Source of the DNA: a virus
Lineage: Duplodnaviria; Caudoviricetes
Reading direction: 5' to 3' (one strand)
IMG/VR virus record: IMGVR_UViG_3300028840_002847
Location: 2,188 to 66,187 of that record
DNA length: 64,000 nucleotides
The translations under genes were made by a program, and so were the position numbers. The stretch's first letter is position 1. The number at the start of each line of letters is the position of its first letter. The notes below the pieces were generated by a model. That model saw only the letters and a list, made by a program, of their open reading frames with translations. It was not told the origin of the DNA and did not search any database. Shown here one piece after another: positions 8,304-17,524 of the stretch.

Positions 8304-9729
8304 GTCGGAACTCTCTACCTTCCGGCGCTTCCGGGCAGAGCCTGAGTATTGGGCTCAAGAAGTCCTCGGCGTTACCCTCGACCCCTTCCAAACTCAAGTA
8401 GCCCGCTCCGTGATAAATAACACGCAGACTGATGTTAAGTCAGGAAACGAAGTAGGCAAAACTTTTGTCTTTTCAACCATAGGACTATGGTTCCTCTATA
8501 ACTTCGGGCCAATGTGCTCCGTTATCGTTACCTCGTCAACTGACAGGCAGCTATGGCGCCAGTATTGGACGGAAGTTAAAAACCTCTGGTATAATGCGAA
8601 ATATCCTCTCGGCGGCCGTATGCTCGAGAAGTACCTCGAAGTAGACCCTCAGGGTAAATGGTTCATGGTAGGGTTTGCTACTAAGGACGAGGAAAACTTC
8701 GAAGGTTGGCATAATGAAAATATCCTGTTGATTTTTGATGAAGCTAAAGGTATTCCGGAGAATATCTGGAAAGGCGGGGAGCGCTTACTCCGTGGAAAAG
8801 GTGGAGTCAAACGATGGCTCGTTGGAGGAACTCCGCCCCTCGCTCCCTTAGGTGAGTTTTGCCAAATTAGTCTAGATCCTGGCAAGGCTCAATTCTGGAA
8901 CCACCTTCACCTCTCGGCTTGGAACTCTTCCCGGGTCGCAAAAGAAGCCTGTGAGCGCTCCCTTAAACAGCACGGTGAAAGGAGTCCTTTTTACGTCAGT
9001 ATGGTATTGGGGCAGATACCCGAAGAGTCGGCGGGGTCATTGATCAGTATTGCTATGGTCGAGGCCGCGGCTGCCCGGAAAACAGAACCCGGGGCGAACA
9101 TTGAGATGGGGATAGACTCTGGACGGGGAGGGGAAGACGAATCAGTTATCATGGTCAGGCGGGGCTGGAAAGTGTATATGTATACCTTCGCCGGAAAGGA
9201 TAGGACTACATGGTGTTGTGGACGGGCGAAAAGAATCCTCAAGGACGAGTTTGGGCTATCTTCCAAGGAAGCGAAAAATATCTCAATCAAAGTTGATGAT
9301 ACGGGAGTAGGCGGGGGAGTTACCGACAATTTATTGCTTGAGGATTATACAGCTATCCCGATCAACTTCGGCGGGAAAGCATCAGAGATAGGGGGAGAAT
9401 ATTATTATGATTGGGGCACTGAGATGTATGCGCGGTTAGGCGACTACATGAAATCAATGCCGATCGATATCCCTAATGATACGAAGTTAAAAGCTCAGTT
9501 ATACCAGAGGACAAAGACATACTTCACCCGAAAAGGCGGGAAGATAGTCATGAAACTTTTGAGCAAGGACGAGCTCAAGAAGAAGAAGGAATTTCGTGGC
9601 TTCAAATCCCCGGACCGGGCAGATGCCCTTGCTCTCTGTTTCAGCGGAATACCTAAGATAGATGTAAAGAACCCTAGACCGGTGCCGGCAGGTTCAATGA
9701 TACTGGCGGCGAAAAACAAAGGCTGGTAG
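8242..9729 (+). CDS. terL: terminase large subunit
   Basis: Walker A VKSGNEVGKT, Walker B LLIFDEA, nuclease motifs GIDSGRGGED, VDDTGVGGG, SPDRADA. Confidence 0.95.
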   Translation: MGRKQRALARTVKKKRKYPSESELSTFRRFRAEPEYWAQEVLGVTLDPFQTQVARSVINNTQTDVKSGNEVGKTFVFSTIGLWFLYNFGPMCSVIVTSSTDRQLWRQYWTEVKNLWYNAKYPLGGRMLEKYLEVDPQGKWFMVGFATKDEENFEGWHNENILLIFDEAKGIPENIWKGGERLLRGKGGVKRWLVGGTPPLAPLGEFCQISLDPGKAQFWNHLHLSAWNSSRVAKEACERSLKQHGERSPFYVSMVLGQIPEESAGSLISIAMVEAAAARKTEPGANIEMGIDSGRGGEDESVIMVRRGWKVYMYTFAGKDRTTWCCGRAKRILKDEFGLSSKEAKNISIKVDDTGVGGGVTDNLLLEDYTAIPINFGGKASEIGGEYYYDWGTEMYARLGDYMKSMPIDIPNDTKLKAQLYQRTKTYFTRKGGKIVMKLLSKDELKKKKEFRGFKSPDRADALALCFSGIPKIDVKNPRPVPAGSMILAAKNKGW

Positions 9730-9759
9730 CCGAAAGCTCGACCAGCAAGAGAGGTAATC

Positions 9760-11370
9760 ATGTGGCCTTTTAAGAAAAAAGTTGCCGACGGGAGAGAGTA
9801 TTCTCCACCGGGGGCTTATAAGATTGAATCGGGTCAGTTGACAAAGCCCAGCATTACTATGTATGGGTCAATGGCTCCCGGCGATTCAAATATGAATATC
9901 GTTTCTCGTCGGAACGTCATATTTGATGTCAATGTCGACAGACTGAAACGCTATAATGCAGATCAACTTCTGCGAAACCTTCCTGCGATCAATCCCGATG
10001 CCTCGATGGCTCTCTGGAATATGCTTCGGCTGTGCAGTGCCCCTGTGAAGTTTAAGGTAACAGACCTCAAGGGGCGGGCAACCGATCATGGCTATCAGCT
10101 TATATGGGAATACGTCAACAGGATATACCGGGACCGGGGAGGCTTTGCGGCTTTCGAAGGTCAGCTCTTTAAGACGGTTTACACTTTGGGAGCGGCAAGC
10201 GGTGAGACTGTCTTAGGAAAAGACCTCAGAGAGTTACTAGATTTTGTAGCTGTCGATCCTACGACCATAGACTTCTTTGCCCAGAAGCTCAATGACGGGC
10301 AGATAAACTATGTTCCTAAACAGCTTCAAGGCGGGCAATACGTCTCAGTAGAAAAAGAGGGGTTCTATTACGTTCCGCTGGACGCAGATATAGGCGACCC
10401 CTACGGGTCTTCCCCCCTTCTCTCCCTCCTGCAGGTTATGTTTTTCCAGATGCAGGTAATGGCAGACCTTCAGCGCATTACCCATAACCAAGGCTGGCCG
10501 AGGCTCCACGTCAAGGTGCTGACTGAAATCCTCATGAAGAACGCACCTCCGGCTTTGCAGAGGAACGAAACTAAACTGCAGAACTTTATTAAAGACCAGT
10601 TAGCCGATATTCAGACTATCTATCAGAGCTTAGAGCCAGACGATACCTTCGTTACCACCGACGCTACCGATATAGAGGAAGTCGGCGGGAAGACGCGGGC
10701 ATCAGCCTCAGCTAAGACCCTGATGGACGTTCTGGATATTCGCATGGCTAATGGCTTAAAGCAGTTGAGCATCTTCCTTAATAAGCACTCCGGGAAGACC
10801 GAGACCTACGGCACGGTAGAGTGGAAAATCATGGTGGACGCGATTGAGAGCGTCCGGCAAGTAGTCAAGCAGGTTATAGACAATGGCTTGACTTTCGTCC
10901 TTAACCAGAACGGCATTCAGGGATATGTTGAGAGAGTGTATGAGCCTATCTCTACTGAGAACCTGCTGACGAAAGAAACAGCCGAGTGGCTCAAAACTAA
11001 GCGCTTAACCTTCGCCCGGGACGCCGGTCTTATCGGGCATGACCATACCGCCCAGATCCTCTTCGGGCTAGACGAAGCCGAAGGAGAAGAAGTTCCCCTC
11101 AACGTGCCAAAAGCGTTTAGCCCTATGGGGTCGGACGTAGGACAGGTTAAATCTCTGGTTGAGATGGGGTCTGAACTCTTATCCCGGAAATTGGGAGAGG
11201 GAGAGGACAGGGGAGTAGACGTAGACACTCATAAAGACGGCAAGCAGGGCATAAAGTTTGCGAAGATAGCCCAGATGGAAACCGCCTATAAGAGGGAACT
11301 AAATACGGCGTTCAAAGGCACCCGGCAGGAAGTCATTGACGCTATAATGCAGGACTTGGAGCTCGAATAA
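9760..11370 (+). CDS. portal protein
   Basis: 536 aa after terL; DPYGSSPL motif; helical character. Confidence 0.8.
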   Translation: MWPFKKKVADGREYSPPGAYKIESGQLTKPSITMYGSMAPGDSNMNIVSRRNVIFDVNVDRLKRYNADQLLRNLPAINPDASMALWNMLRLCSAPVKFKVTDLKGRATDHGYQLIWEYVNRIYRDRGGFAAFEGQLFKTVYTLGAASGETVLGKDLRELLDFVAVDPTTIDFFAQKLNDGQINYVPKQLQGGQYVSVEKEGFYYVPLDADIGDPYGSSPLLSLLQVMFFQMQVMADLQRITHNQGWPRLHVKVLTEILMKNAPPALQRNETKLQNFIKDQLADIQTIYQSLEPDDTFVTTDATDIEEVGGKTRASASAKTLMDVLDIRMANGLKQLSIFLNKHSGKTETYGTVEWKIMVDAIESVRQVVKQVIDNGLTFVLNQNGIQGYVERVYEPISTENLLTKETAEWLKTKRLTFARDAGLIGHDHTAQILFGLDEAEGEEVPLNVPKAFSPMGSDVGQVKSLVEMGSELLSRKLGEGEDRGVDVDTHKDGKQGIKFAKIAQMETAYKRELNTAFKGTRQEVIDAIMQDLELE

Positions 11371-11372
11371 TT

Positions 11373-11615
11373 ATGACGATGCATAAAGCAGACTGGGCGC
11401 AACTTCTAGCCCCATTAATTACGGCGGTTGTAAAAGAAGTCTTTAAACTTATTTTCACCAAAGACACCGAGACAAACAACGGGGGCGAAGCGAGACAACG
11501 AATAATGTTTGCTACCGCTTGTTTGAACCCTAGGATAGAAGGACCTTACAATGAGAATAAAGAATCCGAAAAACCGAGAGGCGATTCTTGCGGCAATTCT
11601 TCTGCAACTGCGTAA
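11373..11615 (+). CDS. hypothetical protein
   Basis: ORF starts 2 nt after the portal stop and overlaps the next gene. Confidence 0.35.
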   Translation: MTMHKADWAQLLAPLITAVVKEVFKLIFTKDTETNNGGEARQRIMFATACLNPRIEGPYNENKESEKPRGDSCGNSSATA

Positions 11616-12192
11616 CCGCATGAACGAACTCGCGGAGCAGTACTTTGCGGAGGTTTACGAGTTAGGCCTCCGGGCCGCGGATGCTATTGCAGCCAAAGCC
11701 CGGAATATGTCTTCGTCTGTGGCAGCCTATAAAGTAGGGGAACTGGTAAGTCAGGAAACCGACTATATCGCTGGATATCTCAACGACGTGGCTGCTGATA
11801 TCCATGACGTGTTGTATAGAGATGATTATAAGGACGAGGACGAGGTTAGAGCAGCCGTAGGCGATGCTATGGATAAAAGGTATTGGAGGATAGGCTTATA
11901 TGCTCTTGCCCTTCACTCCATAGCCCATAGGGCGTTCAAAGACGAGCTGATTGCTCAGAGTCCGGCAGTCAAAGCGGCGGGCTTTAGGCTTGTGGCTTTG
12001 TTTAGTGCGTTCCCTGAGTCTGATATTATCCTCACTTCCTGTGATGGTTGTATGGCTGCCGTAGGAGGCAATCCTTATACTCCTGATAATGTTCCTTCAC
12101 CCGGCATGATGGAATGTGGCACCCGGTGCAGGCATGATATTTTAATTCTCAAAGAAGCTATAAAGAGCGGAGAGGAGCCTGACGAGTATTAA
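11551..12192 (+). CDS. minor head/morphogenesis protein (MuF-like)
   Basis: position after portal; C-terminal CDGC...PG..ECGTRCRH motif. Confidence 0.55.
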   Translation: MRIKNPKNREAILAAILLQLRNRMNELAEQYFAEVYELGLRAADAIAAKARNMSSSVAAYKVGELVSQETDYIAGYLNDVAADIHDVLYRDDYKDEDEVRAAVGDAMDKRYWRIGLYALALHSIAHRAFKDELIAQSPAVKAAGFRLVALFSAFPESDIILTSCDGCMAAVGGNPYTPDNVPSPGMMECGTRCRHDILILKEAIKSGEEPDEY

Positions 12193-12297
12193 ACTGCATA
12201 AAGATATATACTTAGCAGATATGAAGTCCTCAGTTTCAGATTATATGTAATAAGGCACGTTACAAGGGTTTATAAAGAAAAGAGAAAAAAAAAGAAA

Positions 12298-12360
12298 AGG
12301 GGCTTCCTAGGGGCTATACAGCCCCTAATGGAAAAGGAAAAGGAAAAGGAAAAGGAAAAG
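12298..12360. repeat. phased AGGGGCT repeats plus (GAAAAG)5, origin-like
   Basis: AGGGGCT at 12298 and 12309, inverted AGCCCCT at 12320; GAAAAG x5 at 12331-12360; AT-rich tract upstream. Confidence 0.6.
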
Positions 12361-12363
12361 GAC

Positions 12364-12546
12364 ATGGTAGGCAAAGAAAAGCGCCCCTTGTGGAAGGATA
12401 TCGGGATGGCTATGAAATTGATCTTTATCAGTTTCGTGGTCGTTCTGTTCATAATAGGGGGCATCTTCGCCATAGTATATTTTATCGCATGGGTGGTTTA
12501 TCCCCCTTTACGTCCTGCGCAGGTTGTGGTATCCCTAATAGGGTGA
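12364..12546 (+). CDS. small membrane protein
   Basis: long hydrophobic segment LIFISFVVVLFIIGGIFAIVYFIAWVVY; start could be 12328. Confidence 0.5.
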   Translation: MVGKEKRPLWKDIGMAMKLIFISFVVVLFIIGGIFAIVYFIAWVVYPPLRPAQVVVSLIG

Positions 12547-12554
12547 GGAATGAT

Positions 12555-12716
12555 ATGACTTATTACCAACAGCAACCAGACTCAGAATCGGAAGTTTTAT
12601 TTGGAGCCGATGGCGTGGGGCATGACGCAAAGAAAACAGCAAGGCTTGTGGTAGAAAAAGACGGCGAGCCAGTAATGCTTAAAACGGTCAACTTCCGTGA
12701 TCGAGGAGAACGATAA
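12555..12716 (+). CDS. small hypothetical protein
   Basis: SD GAGG then ATG 12555; TAATG coupling to 12716. Confidence 0.45.
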   Translation: MTYYQQQPDSESEVLFGADGVGHDAKKTARLVVEKDGEPVMLKTVNFRDRGER

Positions 12717-14638
12717 TGGTTAAGAAGATAAAAGCCAAACTGCAGGATTGTCGCAGGATTATTGAGCCAGAGCCTCAGTGGTCGAGTATAGCCCACGAAA
12801 AATTGCCGTTGGTAGCCTTTGCCGATCCTTCTCTTAACTATCCCCATCACTGGGTAACAAAAGGGAAAGTGAGCGGAGAAACTGGGCGCTATGATGAGGG
12901 CAAGCTGTATATTCACAAAGGCGGCTTGATAGAGTCATATCTGCGGGCGCAGGAAAACGGAGCCTCAGCCCCGGTAATAAACCACCTTAAAGAACATATC
13001 GATTCACTCGGTATTAAAGTAAGAGAACGGACCGCTCAGCAAGAAGCAGTAGCGCCACTAAAATTGGGAGAAATCAAGATGAATGAAGGTCGCCTTCCCG
13101 AAATCGGAGTATTTGATTTAGATAGAGTAACGACAGAGATAGACCATACCCTAGCCCGTTCCGGTATGGACATAGAAAACCGAGAGTTAGAAGTTATCAA
13201 CTCTATCGCAAGACGCGACCTGAAAAAGAGCGAGATATACACCTTCCCGATGTATATTTCCAATGACCTCCCCGACTCTTATTTTACCCGGATGGACCCT
13301 CAGTCAACCCTGCTTAATTTCGTTGCCGACCTGATCGAGACCAGAGGACTGATGCTGGCTCATGGCGGCGGGTTCCTTGGCGGCGCTGATGCTTCTAACC
13401 TTATGCCGATCGGCTCAAGCTACCATGGAGAATTGACGACGCGGGAAGGTTACTCAGGCAACTGGACCTTGGGGCATTATTTTATCCTCCATGGAATCAA
13501 TATTGGCGGGGGAAGGTCAACTGATGATGTTATCAAGCAGATAGATGCAGGTGTTTACCGGCGTGGGTCTGTCGGCTTTACAATAGGCGCTATCGAGGGC
13601 GCTACCCGCGGCTGGTATAAGTGCGAGATATGCGGGAACAACCTAATGTCGGCTGATTGCGAGCACTTACCGGGCATTCTATATCCCGCCGAGAGCGGCG
13701 AAGCTAAAATCTGCGTTGCCCGAGTGATGGATGGACACATGAGGGAAAGCTCACTGGTGTATATGAATGCGGCTCAAGGAACGGTAGTTCAAAAAGCTCA
13801 GAGGATGGCAGAAGAAGGTCAACTCGACAAAAAGAAAATCCTCTCACTTGAGATGTTTTACGGAGTGAGATTTTTCGATAACAACTTTGCGGGCAATAGA
13901 GCTCCGGAATACGACTGCGAGTGTGTAGATTGCGGTTATGAGACTAAGTCTGCGGAACATTGTAATACTTTGAAGTGTTCGGAATGCGGAGGCGAGATGA
14001 GAAGGAAATCTCGCCCCGGACCGGGACGTTCAATTACGGTGGGCGACGAAGAGCCCGGAATCAATAACAATGAGGAGAATGAGGACATGGATACCGCAAG
14101 AGCAATTCTGATTTCCTTCGTTGGCGGAATAAGAGAGGCTATCGCCCCTGAGGGCAAGCTCAAGAAGCGCTTTGGAGACCTTAATAAGTCTATCGAGGGA
14201 GCCGAAGAGCAGGCCGACCTAGACCCGTGTGTCGAAGAACTACGTGAAATCGTAGTTGAGGCTCATGAGTCAGGCATCGCCAACCGGGAAATCGTCGGAG
14301 CTCTGCCGGAAGAGCAGAGAACCGTCGAAGGCGTCGAAGCACTCATGGCGAAGGCCGCCGACGGCGACCAGTATCGGTCTGATCTATTGACCGAAGCTCT
14401 CGCCGAAGGTGTACGAGCGGAAGGCAACGATTTTGATGCCGACCATTGGCGCACAGCTCTCGAAAACGAACCGCTGGACTTTATCAAGAAACAGCGGGAC
14501 GTATGGACCAAGTCAGCCAAAGCCACCCCGGGACGAAAGACCGAGGATGGGGATGGCGACAAGACTTATGTAGTCGAGTCCAAGCCGGGAGTAAAATTAC
14601 CCGAAAAAGCCTTTAAGACGGGTAAGGCCCACGTCTAA
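12716..14638 (+). CDS. prohead protease-scaffold polyprotein
   Basis: HK97-like protease elements (MLAH, PIG, GSVGF, CEICG..CEH, ESSLV), zinc ribbon, acidic helical C-terminus; precedes head genes. Confidence 0.75.
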   Translation: MVKKIKAKLQDCRRIIEPEPQWSSIAHEKLPLVAFADPSLNYPHHWVTKGKVSGETGRYDEGKLYIHKGGLIESYLRAQENGASAPVINHLKEHIDSLGIKVRERTAQQEAVAPLKLGEIKMNEGRLPEIGVFDLDRVTTEIDHTLARSGMDIENRELEVINSIARRDLKKSEIYTFPMYISNDLPDSYFTRMDPQSTLLNFVADLIETRGLMLAHGGGFLGGADASNLMPIGSSYHGELTTREGYSGNWTLGHYFILHGINIGGGRSTDDVIKQIDAGVYRRGSVGFTIGAIEGATRGWYKCEICGNNLMSADCEHLPGILYPAESGEAKICVARVMDGHMRESSLVYMNAAQGTVVQKAQRMAEEGQLDKKKILSLEMFYGVRFFDNNFAGNRAPEYDCECVDCGYETKSAEHCNTLKCSECGGEMRRKSRPGPGRSITVGDEEPGINNNEENEDMDTARAILISFVGGIREAIAPEGKLKKRFGDLNKSIEGAEEQADLDPCVEELREIVVEAHESGIANREIVGALPEEQRTVEGVEALMAKAADGDQYRSDLLTEALAEGVRAEGNDFDADHWRTALENEPLDFIKKQRDVWTKSAKATPGRKTEDGDGDKTYVVESKPGVKLPEKAFKTGKAHV

Positions 14639-14686
14639 GACTGGGTTTATTTTTAAGGCACAATCATTGAAAAGGAGTAATGCAGT

Positions 14687-15073
14687 ATGACGATTATCAA
14701 CGCTGCTCCCTATCCTAAAAACATGGATAGTCATGGAACCACCTTCAAGACCGCTCTGGCGGTTTCGGATATCGGAAAGGCTGTAAAGCCTGCGGCTGTT
14801 TGGAATGCCGCTAACGGTATTACCGTTTCCGCTGTGGGTAACAACGATGCCGTCCTTGGGCGGCTCGCTGTTGTAGAGGGTGATGGCTTCTGTAATGTTC
14901 AGGACAGGGGTTACATCGAATTCATCTCTGACGGTTCCACCCCGACGCTCGGACAGGGCGTTGTCGGCGGTGCCTCAGCAGGTGCGGTAAAAGGCGCGAC
15001 TCAGGCTAATGGCGGTCGCGGAATCATTGTCAGTTACGATATGACAGCCCTTACGGTGCTGGCTCGCTTCTAG
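14687..15073 (+). CDS. head decoration/cement protein
   Basis: 128 aa, Gly/Ala/Val-rich beta protein between scaffold and capsid genes. Confidence 0.65.
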   Translation: MTIINAAPYPKNMDSHGTTFKTALAVSDIGKAVKPAAVWNAANGITVSAVGNNDAVLGRLAVVEGDGFCNVQDRGYIEFISDGSTPTLGQGVVGGASAGAVKGATQANGGRGIIVSYDMTALTVLARF

Positions 15074-15107
15074 AGCAATTCGATATCTGACTCAACAGGA
15101 GATTAAA

Positions 15108-16292
15108 ATGGATCCTAAAGTAAAAGTTCAGTATGACGATGGCAGGGACTTCCAACTCCCCGATAACGTGAGGATAGTTCATATCGGCACGGGTGCGAAT
15201 GACGTTAAATTGTCAAAGGACCTCTATGCCAGAGCGACTGCGGAAAATAAGACCTTTTCGCATATCCTTGAAGAAATCGATCCTTCGGTGCGTACCCCGG
15301 ATGGAAAGGTTGTCGGGTTGGATGCTTACGAGCGTCAGTTACAGCGGTTCGGGATTATTACCCGGGCGTGTCCTGAGGAAGGAATCTACGCAAGTAGGGG
15401 TGAGCGCTTTTTTCAGCCGAACAACCCGACCAGCGCTGTCCTCTTTCCCGAGTTCATTAACCGGATCGCCCGTATGGCGAAGCTTGAGCCTGCAATCGTA
15501 GATCAGATTGTCGGCGTAACCCGTCCTATTACCGGCGACACCTTCAAATCCTTAAGGATTACGTGGGAAGCTGAGAACGTGAAGAAAAAGCGCACCGTGC
15601 AGGGAACTGAGTTTCCTCAGGTGGAGCTAACTTGGGCTGATGAAGCTCTGTCCGTCAAAAAGTATGGACGCTCGATCAAAGCATCTTACGAATTTGTCCG
15701 TCGGGTTTCCCTCGACCTGCTTGCGACTACAATTATGCTAGTCATGCAGCAGAGCCGGGTGAGTGAAGCCGATGATGCCGTAGCTATTGCCCGTTCGGGT
15801 ATGGCTTCCGGTTACCAGTATAATGCTAATGGGACTGCATCGGGTCTGGATAAGGGTTCGGCTACTGGCGCGACTCCGCGGAATTGCACCTACAAGGCAT
15901 GGCTCAGGTTCGCCCTGAAGTTCTATCCTTACAAGGTCAATACGCTGATTGCTGGCGAAGATGCCCTGATTCAGTTCCTTACCATGACCAAGCCCGGAGC
16001 CGACCCGTTTGAGCTTCTGGCGGCCGTTAAGGAAGGACCGACTACCATCAACCTGCGGTTAGGTCAGGATATATGGGGACCTGTAAACGTTCTCTATAAT
16101 ACTACCGTGCCTCAATGGAAACTCTTGGGCTTGCAGAAAGAATATGCCCTTGAGCGGGTAGTTGAGATCGGTGCCGATATGGCCGAAACCCAGCGTTTAA
16201 TCAACGCTCAGTTTGAGGAAATCGTTGTCTCGGAGTGTCAGAACTTCGGGAAGATTTATCCTCAGGTTATCCGCGAGCTTACTCTTAATTAA
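15108..16292 (+). CDS. major capsid protein (HK97 fold)
   Basis: 394 aa; LFPEFI, VKKYGRSIKASYE motifs; synteny. Confidence 0.85.
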   Translation: MDPKVKVQYDDGRDFQLPDNVRIVHIGTGANDVKLSKDLYARATAENKTFSHILEEIDPSVRTPDGKVVGLDAYERQLQRFGIITRACPEEGIYASRGERFFQPNNPTSAVLFPEFINRIARMAKLEPAIVDQIVGVTRPITGDTFKSLRITWEAENVKKKRTVQGTEFPQVELTWADEALSVKKYGRSIKASYEFVRRVSLDLLATTIMLVMQQSRVSEADDAVAIARSGMASGYQYNANGTASGLDKGSATGATPRNCTYKAWLRFALKFYPYKVNTLIAGEDALIQFLTMTKPGADPFELLAAVKEGPTTINLRLGQDIWGPVNVLYNTTVPQWKLLGLQKEYALERVVEIGADMAETQRLINAQFEEIVVSECQNFGKIYPQVIRELTLN

Positions 16293-16312
16293 GCTCTAAG
16301 ACCGAAGAAGAA

Positions 16313-16383
16313 GGGAAGGTGTCCTCCAGCCGGATCCCACGGTTGGGAGAGGTCGTTGTCTCGGCGGCCTCTCCCACCTTCCC
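16313..16383 (+). promoter_or_regulatory. structured intergenic RNA element after the capsid gene
   Basis: GGGAAGGTG (16313-21) pairs with CACCTTCCC (16375-83) and encloses two overlapping inner hairpins. Confidence 0.5.
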
Positions 16384-16401
16384 GACTTTCCGGAGGTATC
16401 A

Positions 16402-16743
16402 ATGAAAAGATTACTCATAGTGGCTATGGTAGCCCTCAGTTTAGCCGCTCTCCCCCTTGCAATGGCTCAAGTAGCTACCTCAGGGAAGATGCTAAACGTT
16501 ACCATGACCTCAGCCGACACGGAGTATAATACTTCATTAGGCTGGGGAATTAAGTCTTTCACCGTCAGATGCCGGGGCGCTTATGATATGCGCCTCGCCT
16601 TTGCTTCGGGGGAGACTGCAACTAGATATATAACTATACCGTCGAATCAAACGTATTATTCTCCGCCTTGTAACTCGGCGATTACCCTATATTTTCGATG
16701 TGCAGAAGCTGGGCAGATCGTTGAAATCGACTATTGGAAATAA
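16402..16743 (+). CDS. exported beta-rich protein
   Basis: signal peptide MKRLLIVAMVALSLAALPLAMA. Confidence 0.65.
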   Translation: MKRLLIVAMVALSLAALPLAMAQVATSGKMLNVTMTSADTEYNTSLGWGIKSFTVRCRGAYDMRLAFASGETATRYITIPSNQTYYSPPCNSAITLYFRCAEAGQIVEIDYWK

Positions 16744-16747
16744 TATT

Positions 16748-17080
16748 ATGGTCGCTCAAGAATCCACTGCTTGGTATAGCTGGGCGCTTACGGGTATATT
16801 GGCGTTACTGAATCTCTTTGTCGCCTATCTGATAGTACCGCTCCGCTCAGATGTCAAGGAGGTTAAAAAAGATATGGCTGACTGCCAGTTAAAACATGGC
16901 CCCAAAATGTTTCACCTCGAAGCTGAAACTGCTAGGCAGGCCGCTGATTTGTTGGCTTTTACCGCCGACCTTACTGAAATTAAGGAGCGGACGGCACGGA
17001 CTGAAACTGAGATTAAGGGCATTGTTGCAACCAACCTTAGAATAGAAAGTAAGATAGATAAATTAAACGGCTCTAATTAA
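16748..17080 (+). CDS. single-TM coiled-coil protein, holin-like
   Basis: N-terminal TM WALTGILALLNLFVAYLIV then heptad-like region. Confidence 0.5.
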   Translation: MVAQESTAWYSWALTGILALLNLFVAYLIVPLRSDVKEVKKDMADCQLKHGPKMFHLEAETARQAADLLAFTADLTEIKERTARTETEIKGIVATNLRIESKIDKLNGSN

Positions 17081-17103
17081 AGACGCAGAAGGAGGACACT
17101 GCC

Positions 17104-17511
17104 ATGAAAGGTTTTCATTGGGTATTGACATTATTGCTTATTTTCCTGATCGGAGCTTGCGCTACCGGGAATATCCTTGAACCAGTAAATGATGTAGCTT
17201 ACCGGATGTTGGGCCGTCGGGTAGGGTACCATTTTGCCGGAACCTGCCCGGCAGCGGCCGAAGCAACTCGCCCGGCGGCTAATGAAATTCTTTTAGCAGA
17301 AAATATCCAGACCGCGGCTATTGCCTTTGGCGAAGTTTTAAACAACTCCCTCAGCTATATTGACGATCCCCTCCTTCTTGCTGATGTCGCAGACCTTGCT
17401 GATTTGTTTCTTTCAGCCGATGCCGGAGAAGAGTATTTAGACTGTCTTAAACAGGCGGTAACAGGTTATCTCTTTGGTTTAGACCTCGGATTAAAACCGC
17501 CTGCGCCGTAG
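17104..17511 (+). CDS. putative lipoprotein
   Basis: signal peptide ending in lipobox-like LIGAC. Confidence 0.6.
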   Translation: MKGFHWVLTLLLIFLIGACATGNILEPVNDVAYRMLGRRVGYHFAGTCPAAAEATRPAANEILLAENIQTAAIAFGEVLNNSLSYIDDPLLLADVADLADLFLSADAGEEYLDCLKQAVTGYLFGLDLGLKPPAP

Positions 17512-17524
17512 GGGAGATAATAGT

